Shown in pieces: positions 37,923 through 47,847 of a DNA stretch of 62,794 nt (position 1 is the first letter of the stretch; each line of letters starts with the position of its first letter). The notes beneath the pieces are model-generated. The model ran no database searches. It worked only from the letters and a program-made list of their open reading frames with translations, and was not told the origin of the DNA. Position numbers and translations under genes: made by a program. Source of the stretch: Candidatus Zixiibacteriota bacterium (GTDB taxonomy: Bacteria > JAAXHH01); contig VGJU01000001.1 of NCBI GenBank assembly GCA_016867335.1, positions 1 through 62,794 of the forward strand. Direction: 5' to 3'.

Positions 37923-39221
37923 ATGTTGCCTGAATTAGAACGACATATCGACCAAACACCGCTTATGGACACCCACGAGCATCTCTACATGGAGGATCAG
38001 TGGATAAACGGCGGTCCCGACGTGCTTCAGGATCTCTTTGAGAACTATGTCCAAGCCGATCTGGTGGTCGCCGGTGCAACGGATGCGGATGTACAGTTTT
38101 TGCTGGATGCCAAAAATCCGGACCTGAAAGCGCGTTTCGAACGGGTGCGCAAGGCATGGGAGGCTGTACAGCATACAGGATACGGCGAGGCCGTCCGTAT
38201 CCTTGCCGAACGTATCTACGGGATGCACGAGATCACGCCCGAGGGTTTGGAAGCGGCGCGTGAAACCAATCTCCAGTTGCGCAAGCCGGGGACACGGCTG
38301 GGGCTTCTTCAGCGCGGTGCCAATCTGGACCATGTGCAGGTAGACAACTTTGTCTGGGCTTGTCTGCCCGACCTGTCGGGACCGGATTTTTTTCTGTATG
38401 ATCTGAGTTGGTTTGCTTTTTGCAATGGACAGGTTCCGTGTGAACAATTGGCGCAAGAGACCGGCATCGCGGTACAGACGCTTTCCGATTTGCGGGCTGC
38501 GATGGAAAAACTATTTGCCCTGTACGGTCCTGTGGCGATTGCGGTAAAGGCGCAACACGCCTATACGCGCACGCTGTGCTGGGAGGAGCGGACCGACGCA
38601 GCGGCTTCGGCGGCGCTCGACCGCATCCTGCGCGACCCGGAGCACCCGGAAACCGCGGACCAGTTGTGCCTCGGTGACTGGGCGTGGGCGCGGGGGCTTG
38701 AACTTGCCATCGAGTACCGTCTGCCGTTCAAGATTCATACCGGATACTATGCCGGACATAGCCGTATGGCGGTAGACCGGATCAAGGGCGGCAATCTGTG
38801 CCCGCTGTTGTCCAAATATCTCGATGCGAAGTTTGTGCTGATGCACATCGCGTATCCTTACAACGACGAGTTGGTCGCCATTGCCAAACACTATCCCAAT
38901 GTGTGGGTGGACATGTGTTGGGCGTGGTCGATCAACCCGTATGCGTCGAGCGATTTTGTGCGTCGGTTTCTGCACGCCGTGCCCATCAACAAGCTGTTTG
39001 TATTTGGCGGGGACACACGGTGGCCGGCCAGTTCGGTGGCGTATGCTATTCAGGCACGCAAATGGTTTACCCGGGCGCTGTCGGCGGAGGTGATATCCGG
39101 CGATCTGACCGAAGAACAGGCCATGGCCGTTGCCACGCGGCTGATGCAGACCAATCAACTCGAGTGCTTCGATCTCGAAGGCACACGAGCCGCCATCCAT
39201 GCCAAGATAAACGCCGCCTGA
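37923..39221 (+). CDS. amidohydrolase-superfamily metal-dependent hydrolase
   Basis: 432 aa with MDTHEHL, FKIHTGY and LMHIAYP. Confidence 0.7.
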   Translation: MLPELERHIDQTPLMDTHEHLYMEDQWINGGPDVLQDLFENYVQADLVVAGATDADVQFLLDAKNPDLKARFERVRKAWEAVQHTGYGEAVRILAERIYGMHEITPEGLEAARETNLQLRKPGTRLGLLQRGANLDHVQVDNFVWACLPDLSGPDFFLYDLSWFAFCNGQVPCEQLAQETGIAVQTLSDLRAAMEKLFALYGPVAIAVKAQHAYTRTLCWEERTDAAASAALDRILRDPEHPETADQLCLGDWAWARGLELAIEYRLPFKIHTGYYAGHSRMAVDRIKGGNLCPLLSKYLDAKFVLMHIAYPYNDELVAIAKHYPNVWVDMCWAWSINPYASSDFVRRFLHAVPINKLFVFGGDTRWPASSVAYAIQARKWFTRALSAEVISGDLTEEQAMAVATRLMQTNQLECFDLEGTRAAIHAKINAA

Positions 39222-39241
39222 TCCTCTTGGCACTGTGCAAG

Positions 39242-39273
39242 CAAGACCGGGACGCGCCGAGTGCCCGGTCTTG
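39242..39273. terminator. 10-bp perfect hairpin between convergent genes
   Basis: CAAGACCGGG - 12-nt loop - CCCGGTCTTG. No U-tract on either side. Confidence 0.4.
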
Positions 39274-39294
39274 TGAGATGCATGGAAGCAGACC

Positions 39295-40285
39295 TCAATA
39301 CTCCTGTTCAAACTTCGGATGCACCCACAGGAACTCTTGCCGCTTGTTCGGAACGCGAACAAGGCCACCGAAGCTCGGATCCTCCTCCTTCAGCCACGCG
39401 TGCAACTGCCGAAAGACCCCCCCCTGCGCCCGGACCGCATCGCCGCGTTCCAGGTCCGGCGCGTCGCTGCGGCCCAGCCTCGCTCGCAAAAGTCAGAAGG
39501 GCGTCCCACGCGGCCGTTGCGTTCGCGACAGGATCCGGATCGGTTGACTTGAGGGCGAGCAGCGTCTTGACGTGCGCCTCGGTCTGGCGCGTGGAAGTAT
39601 GGAGGTCGAGGCTCAGGACGTGGAGCACACGCAGAAAAGGCCACAGGTCTTTGGCAGTGACGTGCGTTTCTTCTAGTGCGCTGACGATCTTGCAGAGCTC
39701 GTTGCACAGATGGACAGACTTCTTCGAGATAAATCCGTCGAGAGACAGCCATCTTTCGAACTCCTCGCCATTGGCCGCGCCTCTGGCGCAGTCGAGCAAC
39801 CCGACAAAATTCTCGAGGAGCGTGTTCGTGCCGCGCAGCGTCACGAGGACAAAGCTGTCGTGCTGGGGATTGAAAGGGTCGGCCTCCTTGAAATCCTTCC
39901 AGAAGTCGCCAATGGCCTTCTTGCATTCGTCGTCGGCGGCACTGATGGTGAAACTGCGTTTCACCTGCCCGACGAGCCGCGCAGTCGCCGCGGCTGCGCG
40001 CGTGCAGACGACGAGGACGTCGTCCGTATTGAAGCCGAGATGCTCGGTCTGGAAATGGACTTCGGTGACGCCGGTATCGGTGAGGATCGGCGGGATGCTG
40101 CGGACGAGCAGCTGCGCTAGCCAGTACGCCGCGACGTGTTGCTCGAAGAACACGCCCTCGCCGCCTGTGGAGATCGGACTTGAAACTCGTTTCTGGCTTG
40201 GGCTATCCATGCCATCCACCAAATGTTCCACTGTTTCGATGACGACCTCATGCGAGTAGTTGCACGGCCCGTCCGATGGTTCCAC
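39295..40285 (-). pseudogene. PD-(D/E)xK nuclease-like (Cap4/DUF4297- or Mrr-like head) protein, frameshifted
   Basis: Carries GGEGVFFEQHVAAYWLAQLL, EVHFQTE, DDVLVV and LVGQVKRS. The frame is lost near 39480-39495. The tail continues in another frame (..RGDAVRAQGGVFRQLHAWLKEEDPSFGGLVRVPNKRQEFLWVHPKFEQEY*). Confidence 0.5.
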
Positions 40286-40913
40286 GGACCACGAGTAGCA
40301 AGAACGCTTGATGTCTCATTGGCATGGTGGTGCTCCTACTGGGAGTCCGGTATTGTCCTATAGCGGGTCATCAAAGGACGACTGCCATGTGCGTTCGATG
40401 CCGCATAACTTCTTATTGAACGGAAGACTCAACTCGGTATAAATAGCCAAAAAGAGATGATTAAACGCGTTGCTCCGTAGACCCTGCCGATACTCCGACG
40501 CCCGGAGCAACACACCCCGTCTACCGCTCTGTACCCATGTCGCACTAGCCACCCCCTTTGAACGGGTTTAACCTACCCCCAAATGCAGTTTGACGCTTTA
40601 ACGCGAGATAAACCTCCCTGCCGGATAGGTTGGTTAGGTTGAATCGACACGGAGCAGCCTTTGATTGTTCCCTGCAGAGGGATTAGAGGGAAAGACCATG
40701 TTTCTGTCTAATCTTTCCGCGCAGGACGATTGGATGGAATACGCTCGCCACATGCCATACCGCGCGCCTTACGCCGACTAGGTGTGGTAAGTCCGGCTCG
40801 AACCCGTCACAGCGTACACTGCCGCAAACAGACTGCGTTCGCCTTACCGATGGGTAAGCCTGCCGCGGTGTTTCGCCGAAACAAAAATCATCTTATCTGT
40901 AAAAGGAAGGATT

Positions 40914-41147
40914 ATGCCCATAAATAAACATTATTCGGATCAAAATGGCAACCAGTATTGTACCGCACGCCCCCCGCGTCTGCCCGGCCAAGTGCAAATC
41001 ACCATACGCACCAAACATTACACCTACCGTACGGAAGAAACCTATGTCCCCCCTCCTCGAAAACGGTTACGCCCCCCGCGCCTGCCCGGTCATACAAGCG
41101 TCAAAACCACGCAGATTTACACCTACGTGCTCAACCGGGGGTGGTGA
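40914..41147 (+). pseudogene. integron-integrase (IntI-type tyrosine recombinase) relic lacking the catalytic core
   Basis: A 77-codon ORF joins IRTKHYTYRTEETYV (N-terminal HYSxRTE motif) directly to LPGHTSVKTTQIYTYVLNRG (C-terminal LLGH..TTxIYTHVLNRGG motif). AAGGAAGG SD is retained. Confidence 0.65.
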
Positions 41148-41254
41148 AAAAGGAAAGGCTCCAGGGTAGATTAGGTACGACCACCTTTACAATGAACGTA
41201 CCCTTCCCCCAAGGAGCCTTTCGATCAAAAGGGCATGGATGTTTTCCCAACAAG

Positions 41255-41560
41255 ATGGAAACCGTGTCGGTAGAGAAAGGGGAAGAGACGGCTTGGTTTC
41301 TTTCCGATCAGGATACGCGGATCGTGCTTATCCAGGCGCTTCTTTCATTGGGTCTTGCGGCGGTTTCCGACATCCTTGCTCAGGAGGTCTGCTCGCTCTG
41401 TGGGGCGCGTCACAACCGCAAGGGGGAAGATCGGAGCCATCGGCGCTGTGGGGCGCAGACCGGCTCGGTGTATCTGGAGGAACAAAAGGTCCGGGTGAGC
41501 GTGCCGCGCGTTTGGGATGCGCGGGCAAAGAAGGAGCGCTCACTCTTGGGGCAACTAACC
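41255..41560 (+). mobile_element. N-terminal fragment (~100 aa) of an IS256/Mutator-like transposase
   Basis: METVSVEKGEE..LIQALLSLGLAAVSDILAQEVCSLCGARHNRKG..GSVYLEEQKVRVSVPRVWD. Similarity stops where the convergent ThDP-enzyme gene ends. No DDE core is present. Confidence 0.5.
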
Positions 41561-41564
41561 TTTT

Positions 41565-43307
41565 TCAATCTTTCTTCAAACTCCCCTCGTATCCAGCCTT
41601 TTGACCTTTGGCAAGCGCGTTCCGGTAGCCAAACAAGGGCGTTTCGTCACCGGACACCACGATGTCGACGACCGCGGGCGCGGCGGCTTCCAGCGCTTGG
41701 CTCAGTCCTTTGCGCAGGTCTTCGGGACGCTCGATCCGAATACCGAAACACCCAAACCCCCGCCCGACCGCGCCAAAATCCGCATCGCCCCAACGAAACG
41801 GCGCGCCGGAGCCTTCGAACAGGATGCGGTGATAATGGTCTATCCAAGCCAGTCGCTGGTTGTTGAAAATGATATTGACGACGTTCATGCCGAAATATGG
41901 CAGGCTGGCTAATTCTCCTACATAGTACGAGAATCCGCCGTCGCCGCATAGATTGATGACACGGCGTCCGGGACAGGCGGCGCTGACACCCATGGCCGCA
42001 GGCAGTCCAAAACCCAGTCCGGCAGAGCCGCGGGGTGCGATCACTTGTCTACCGCTTTTTCTCAGATGATAATATAGAAGCCCCCACCCGGAGGCGTAGC
42101 TGGCGTCGCATACGATCAGGTCGTCGGGACCGGTGAGGGTGTTGAGTTCGGCCATAACTCGCTGGGGCTTGATAGGCAGATCGTCGGAAGCAAGGTCCGC
42201 CGCGCACTCGGCTTCCCACGCCCTTTTGAGTCGGGTGGCGTATGCGAGTCGGTCGTGCCGGACCTCTTCCGGTATCTCCCACTCTTGGAGTGCCTCAGCC
42301 ACCGCCTCCAGACCCAACCGGGCGTCGCAGACCAAACCGATTTCGGTGGGAAACACCTTGCCGATCTCCGCGCCGTCTATGTCCATGTGGATCACTTGTT
42401 GATCGGCCGTGGGAAGCGTCCAGGCAAGGGTCGAATTTTGTCCCGATTTGCATCCTATCATAAACAACAAGTCTGCCTCGCGCGCCGCATCGATAGCGCT
42501 TTGCGCGCCGATGTTGCCCAGAAGCCCCAGCGAGAGCGGATGGGCGTCCGGCAACGCGCCTCTGCCGCTAAAGGTGGTGACGATCGGGGCGGACAGATAT
42601 TCGGCAACCACACGGACCTGTTCACAGGCGCCGGCGATATGGATCCCGCCGCCAACGAGCAATACGGGACGTTTGGCGGAGACGAGCATCTGGACGGCGC
42701 GGTCCACATCTCCTGTGTCCGGACCGCTACGCTCGACCGGAAAACGGCCATACGCAGGGTTGATGTATGAAGCGAGACACGCGGGATCGACCGTCGTGTC
42801 GAAGATGTCCTGCGCCACGATCAGGGCGACCGGTCCGGGACGCCCGGACGTAGCAGTCCTGACGAGCATATTGAGCATCGCGGGTAACTGCTCCGGCGAC
42901 CTGAGCGTCGCCACGCGCTTGACAAAGGGCCGTACCAAGCTTTCCTGATCCAGTCCCTGCGTGGCTGTTCCGCCCCGATCTACCAGATGTGTCCACCCTG
43001 TGGGGATGTCGCTGATGATCGCCAGTACCGGGATAGACGAGGCATAGGCTTCGTACAACCCGGACGGCAGTTTGACCGCGCCCGGACCTACCGTTACGTC
43101 GCAAACGCCGATACGCCCGGTCATGCGGGAAAAACCGTCGGCGGCGAAAACCGTGTTGCGTTCGTCACGCATCATGTAGTGCGTGATCTCGCCGGAACGC
43201 CGCAGACACCCGTCTACCAGTGCTACCGTCTGGCCACCCGCCGCGCCGAATAGGTGCGTCACCCCGTACCGGATCAAAAGATCGGTAAGCAGATCACCCG
43301 TATGCAT
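41565..43307 (-). CDS. thiamine-diphosphate-dependent enzyme (acetolactate synthase large-subunit-like)
   Basis: 580 aa. N-terminal Pyr domain (GVTHLFGAAGG), a central domain, and a C-terminal PP domain (GDGGFSY...NN). Confidence 0.85.
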   Translation of the reverse strand: MHTGDLLTDLLIRYGVTHLFGAAGGQTVALVDGCLRRSGEITHYMMRDERNTVFAADGFSRMTGRIGVCDVTVGPGAVKLPSGLYEAYASSIPVLAIISDIPTGWTHLVDRGGTATQGLDQESLVRPFVKRVATLRSPEQLPAMLNMLVRTATSGRPGPVALIVAQDIFDTTVDPACLASYINPAYGRFPVERSGPDTGDVDRAVQMLVSAKRPVLLVGGGIHIAGACEQVRVVAEYLSAPIVTTFSGRGALPDAHPLSLGLLGNIGAQSAIDAAREADLLFMIGCKSGQNSTLAWTLPTADQQVIHMDIDGAEIGKVFPTEIGLVCDARLGLEAVAEALQEWEIPEEVRHDRLAYATRLKRAWEAECAADLASDDLPIKPQRVMAELNTLTGPDDLIVCDASYASGWGLLYYHLRKSGRQVIAPRGSAGLGFGLPAAMGVSAACPGRRVINLCGDGGFSYYVGELASLPYFGMNVVNIIFNNQRLAWIDHYHRILFEGSGAPFRWGDADFGAVGRGFGCFGIRIERPEDLRKGLSQALEAAAPAVVDIVVSGDETPLFGYRNALAKGQKAGYEGSLKKD

Positions 43308-43343
43308 GAAACCGCTCCGCGAAAAAGAGAAAATAAAACCCCG

Positions 43344-44357
43344 TTATCGTTCTTCGAACCGCCGAATATCTTCGTCCACCATGTATTGCAACAATTGCTC
43401 GAACGTCATACGAGGTTCCCAGCCCAAATCGGCTTTTGCCCTTGCATAATTACCCCGCGACGCGGCGATTTCGGTCGGTCGCATAAACTGCTCGTCGGAG
43501 CGTACGTGTTCGCGCCAGTCCAACCCCACATGACCAAACGCCGTTTCGCAAAGATCGCGGATGGTAAACGCCGTGTTGGTAGCGATGACATAGTCTTTCG
43601 GATGGTCTTGCTGAAGCATCAGATACATGGCTTCGACATATTCCTTTGCATATCCCCAGTCACGCACGGCATCCAGATTGCCAAGTTTGAGCATCCCGTT
43701 TTCGACAAGCGGTCGTCCGGCTTCGTTGAGCGGTGGATTTTTAATACCCGTCTTGATACAGGCGACGGCCATCGTAACCTTGCGCGTGACAAAATGAAGA
43801 CTTCGCCGAGGGCTTTCGTGGTTAAACAGAATACCGCCGCAGGCAAACATATCGTACGACTGTCGGTACGTGTCCACCATCAGATGCGCGTACAACTTGG
43901 CGACACCGTACGGATTGTTGGCTTTGAACGGCGTATCTTCGTCCACTTCTTCCTGTTCGACACCGCCGTATATTTCCCGGCTGGTAGCCTGATAAAACCG
44001 GGTGTCCAGATTGAGACGGCGTATGGCTTCCATAAACCGCACCGGACCAAGCGCCGTGATTTCGGCGGTGACGATGGGCTGGCTCCAACTGTCCGCAGGG
44101 ATGGACTGCGCCGCAAGGTTGTATATTTCGGAAGGCCGATAGGTGGACAGGATTTTTTCGATGCTGTGCGGGTCTATCAGATCGCCGTATTCGAGGATCA
44201 TACGACCCGCAAGATGCTGGATGTTTTCATGGTGATAGTGGGTAGATCGGCGCGCCAGCCCTACGACCTCGTATCCTTTTTCAAGAAGCAGATCGGCCAG
44301 ATAAGAACCGTCCTGTCCCGTAACACCTGTGACTACCGCTAATTTCGAAGATGCCAT
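43344..44357 (-). CDS. gmd: GDP-mannose 4,6-dehydratase
   Basis: 337 aa with VTGVTGQDGSYLADLLLEKGYEV, YGVAKLYA and FNHESPRR. Confidence 0.9.
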   Translation of the reverse strand: MASSKLAVVTGVTGQDGSYLADLLLEKGYEVVGLARRSTHYHHENIQHLAGRMILEYGDLIDPHSIEKILSTYRPSEIYNLAAQSIPADSWSQPIVTAEITALGPVRFMEAIRRLNLDTRFYQATSREIYGGVEQEEVDEDTPFKANNPYGVAKLYAHLMVDTYRQSYDMFACGGILFNHESPRRSLHFVTRKVTMAVACIKTGIKNPPLNEAGRPLVENGMLKLGNLDAVRDWGYAKEYVEAMYLMLQQDHPKDYVIATNTAFTIRDLCETAFGHVGLDWREHVRSDEQFMRPTEIAASRGNYARAKADLGWEPRMTFEQLLQYMVDEDIRRFEER

Positions 44358-44441
44358 ACTTGCTCCAAAGGGATGAAGGAGGGGTTAGAAAGGAGGAAGG
44401 AGGAAACATAGGCTATCTGTTGAAGCGTTGTTTTCCTTTCT

Positions 44442-45251
44442 TCAGCCCTCGAACCTTTTTAACGTATCCTGTTCTCGCGGCAGGTGGACCTCCCATGGCT
44501 CCCAGTCGATCCATTCGCCGCTTATGAACCCGCCGTATTCCGCGTCGCGCAACAGGGAAAGCCCGTCGCGATGGTCGATGTCGCCCGAACCGATGGGCAC
44601 AAGAACCAGCTTTGCGTCTTGGGTTTTTCCGTCATGCACGTGGACATGGCCTATATAAGGCCAAAGCGTCCGGAAGGCCGACGTCATCGTGGCAGCTCCG
44701 GTGCGCACCGGATGCATGATATCCCAGTTTGCGGCGACCGCGGGATGATCTACCCGGCTCAGCACTGCCGCTGCGTGGGATGGGTCGCACCAGTCGTCGT
44801 GCGTTTCCATACAGAGGACGACCCCGCGTTCCGCTGCATGATCGACTGTTTGGGAGAGCGCGGCGGCGACCGTTTCCACTGCTTTTTCCCTTTACACACC
44901 CATAGGGATTGCACCACCGAAAACGCGCAATACCGGAATCCCCAAATCGCCGGCCAAATCGATACACTCAAGGGTATCGGCGATCATCCGGGGGTTGTTC
45001 GCAGCATCGGCATATTTGAGCGATGTGGCTAGACAGGCGAGCGTCACCCCGTGACGAAGCGCGATGTCTCTGTGCCGGGCGCGTTCGCCAGCGGAAAGCC
45101 CCGTCTCTACGCCGTGCGCGTGTCCCGCGTCCATACGCGGCTCTATTCCCGCATACCCAAACCGACGCGCAACGGCGCACATCTCGTCCAGTGTCAGCCG
45201 CAGAGTGGAAAAACTTATAAAGGCATATTGCACACCGTTCTCCTCAGACAC
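44442..45251 (-). pseudogene. xylose-isomerase-like TIM-barrel protein interrupted by an in-frame TAA
   Basis: ..LRVFGGAIPMGV-TAA(44892-44894)-REKAVETVAAALSQTVDHAAERGVVLCMETHDD.. is continuous in one frame. Confidence 0.6.
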
Positions 45252-45320
45252 GGTCGGCGTGCCGATCGCGCATCCGGCAGGGCCAAAACGTTATAAAGTG
45301 TATACGGATCGGTGCGAATG

Positions 45321-46724
45321 TCAACGGGTATTGCGACGCCACATCAGATACGCGGGGAGACCGAGCGCCGAAAGACCGAGCCCGGCGAGCGATTCGACCG
45401 GGGTTTCGAACAGCATGTTGACCATGATGCCGAGCGAAACGACGATAAAGAGGGCGGGGACGTATGGATACCCCCACGCTTTGTAGGGACGGGGACGGTC
45501 GGGGTATTTTTTTCGAAGGGTAAATACCGCTGCTGCCGCTGCGATCCAAAGCATAAGGCTGGAAAAAATAACAAAGGCGATAAGACTTTCGTGGCTTCCG
45601 CTGACCGTCAGCACCGTCGCCCACGCCGCCTGCATGAGCGTTGCCGCACCGGGCGTAAGATACCGAGGATGGACGGATGCGGCGCTGCGGAAAAACAGCC
45701 CGTCGCGCGCCATGGCGTAATACACCCTCGGCCCTACCAATATCGTACCGTTGAGCGACCCCAGCACCGCGATCATGACGGCAACGGCAAAAAACCCCGT
45801 CCCCGCATGACCAAAAATCGCGTTGGACGCGATCTCTCCGACACGCACCACACCGGCCATCTCCTGGACGGGAATCGCCCGGAGATACACATAGTTGACC
45901 ACTACGTACAACACTGTCACACTGCCCACACCGATCAACAGCACCCTCGGCAGGTTGCGCTCCGGGCGTTTTACTTCTCCGCCGATAAAGCTGACTTCTT
46001 CCCACCCCGCGATGGTCCAAATGACCGATACCAGCGCAATGCCAAAACCGGAAAACAACATGCCGACCCCAGCCTCTCCGGCGGAGACCGTCCAGTCGAT
46101 CGTATGGGAAGGTGTATGCAACAGCCCGGCTACCACAAGGGCGAGAACGGCACCGATCTTGACGATGGTAGAAACATTCTGCACCCATTTGCCAAAATGA
46201 ACACCAAGGTAGTTTATCGCGGAGATACTGAGAATCAGCAGAACGGCGATGACATGACCTGCCGAAAAGCCGTAATGTATGGGTCTGCCCAACAGGGTAA
46301 AATCGGTCTCGTAGAGCATCCGTCCGGTGGAAAGGGCAGGAAAGAAATACCCAAAATACTCGGCGAAGCCAACGGCAAGCGCGGCGAGAATACCGGTCAG
46401 ATAGACGAGAAAAGACACCCATCCGAATAGAAAACCCACGAGACGCCCATAGGCTTCGCGCAGATACACATACTGCCCACCCGCTTCCGGCATCGCCGCG
46501 CCAAGCTCGGCAAAGGTCAACGCTCCGGCGATGGAGTGGAGTCCACCCAGCGTCCACGCGAGCAGCAACAGCGTGGGCGAAGGGATTTCTTTTGCCATGA
46601 GTCCGGTGGTCAGAAAAATCCCGGAGCCGATGACGATACCAACGACGATCATCGTCGTATCGAAAAGACCGAGTTGGCGTACAAGACCGGGTTCGGGGGA
46701 TGGAGCCGAGGAAGACGTCACCAA
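45321..46724 (-). CDS. APC-superfamily amino acid permease
   Basis: 467 aa with 12 hydrophobic segments, plus GSGIFLTTG and ELGAAMPEAGGQYVY. Confidence 0.85.
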   Translation of the reverse strand: MVTSSSAPSPEPGLVRQLGLFDTTMIVVGIVIGSGIFLTTGLMAKEIPSPTLLLLAWTLGGLHSIAGALTFAELGAAMPEAGGQYVYLREAYGRLVGFLFGWVSFLVYLTGILAALAVGFAEYFGYFFPALSTGRMLYETDFTLLGRPIHYGFSAGHVIAVLLILSISAINYLGVHFGKWVQNVSTIVKIGAVLALVVAGLLHTPSHTIDWTVSAGEAGVGMLFSGFGIALVSVIWTIAGWEEVSFIGGEVKRPERNLPRVLLIGVGSVTVLYVVVNYVYLRAIPVQEMAGVVRVGEIASNAIFGHAGTGFFAVAVMIAVLGSLNGTILVGPRVYYAMARDGLFFRSAASVHPRYLTPGAATLMQAAWATVLTVSGSHESLIAFVIFSSLMLWIAAAAAVFTLRKKYPDRPRPYKAWGYPYVPALFIVVSLGIMVNMLFETPVESLAGLGLSALGLPAYLMWRRNTR

Positions 46725-46940
46725 GACGGAACCGGATCGGGGTGAAAGAAAAAGGCCGCACTGCGACCGAGAAAGACAGCTTTTATGTTATGAGAAACAA
46801 AATACCATGTCAAGCCGCAGAAACCTGCTCAAACTGGCCAGATGGATTGGAACTTGATCCGGAACGCCCGCTATCTTTATATTAGCAGGCGTCACGGGTA
46901 TGTGTTGCCATTCAGGGATTGTAAAGAACGGAGATAGGTT

Positions 46941-47753
46941 GTGGACCAGAATGCTATGGGTTCCCCACAGGATTTTATCGACACGGACCGGTATCCGATC
47001 CACCGACCCGGAACATCGGCATACGACGCGCTCGTGGCTCATTGCCGCACGGCGCTTGAAACGCAGGGCGCATGTCTGCTCCACGGATTTGCCGTTCCGG
47101 AGGCCGTCGCGTGCATGGCCACCGAGACGGACCGGGTGGTAGAGAGGGCCTATCTGTGCCGCGATACCCACACCGTGTATTTGAATACTGGCGAGTCGGG
47201 ATTCCCGGAAGATCATCCACGCCGGCGTCTCGAAGTGACCGAACTGTATTCGGTAGCCTGTGACCAGATCGCGTCCGAAGACGCGCTCAAGCGGGTGTAC
47301 CACTGGGATCCGCTTCTTTTTTTTCTGGCAGACGTCCTGCAGCGACGTGCCTACTACCGAATGGCCGATCCACTGGCGGCACTCACGATAAACGTCATGC
47401 GCGAAAACCAGAATCACGGGTGGCATTTCGACGAAGCGCAGGTGACCACCACGCTCATGATCCAAGCGCCGGAACAAGGCGGACGGTTTCAGTACGTACA
47501 CAACCTGAGAACCGAAGACGAACGGGAATACGAAGGGATTACACAGGTGCTGGATGGTACGCATCCGGGTATCCGGACGCTGGATATAAAACCGGGGACA
47601 CTGTCAATTTTTGCGGGATACTATTCGCTTCACCGGGTGACACCCGTGGCGGGGGGTACCACCCGTTATCTGGCAACGTTCTGTTTCAAGGACCGACCCG
47701 GTGTCAAAAACAGTCCGGAAGTGCAAAAGCTGTTCTATGGAAGAACGGCATAA
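46941..47753 (+). CDS. 2OG-Fe(II) oxygenase-superfamily protein
   Basis: 270 aa with the HxD triad context GWHFDEA and a distal His in YYSLHRVTPV. Confidence 0.55.
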   Translation: MDQNAMGSPQDFIDTDRYPIHRPGTSAYDALVAHCRTALETQGACLLHGFAVPEAVACMATETDRVVERAYLCRDTHTVYLNTGESGFPEDHPRRRLEVTELYSVACDQIASEDALKRVYHWDPLLFFLADVLQRRAYYRMADPLAALTINVMRENQNHGWHFDEAQVTTTLMIQAPEQGGRFQYVHNLRTEDEREYEGITQVLDGTHPGIRTLDIKPGTLSIFAGYYSLHRVTPVAGGTTRYLATFCFKDRPGVKNSPEVQKLFYGRTA

Positions 47754-47847
47754 CCGTCTATTTCCGTAGCGCTGTGATGAGGTCTTCGAAAGTCTTTTTT
47801 AGCCGCACATATCCTTCAGGGGCGTTGTACATAGCCGCCGCCGTATA

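Noticed and set aside
40469-40511. Perfect 9-bp inverted repeat GTTGCTCCG...CGGAGCAAC as an attC-like hairpin
   Set aside because: Its polarity is GTT...AAC, the reverse of attC (xxxAAC...GTTxxx). It also lies inside a 64-codon ORF. It is probably just a local hairpin.
40557-40644. Candidate attC site on the cassette (minus) strand: ATTCAAC-CTAAC-CAACCTA ... TAGGTTA-AACCC-GTTCAAA
   Set aside because: The R' box fits GTTRRRY at only 5/7 positions, R''/R' pair at only 5/7, and the central region shows no stem. It is too weak to call without a covariance-model score.
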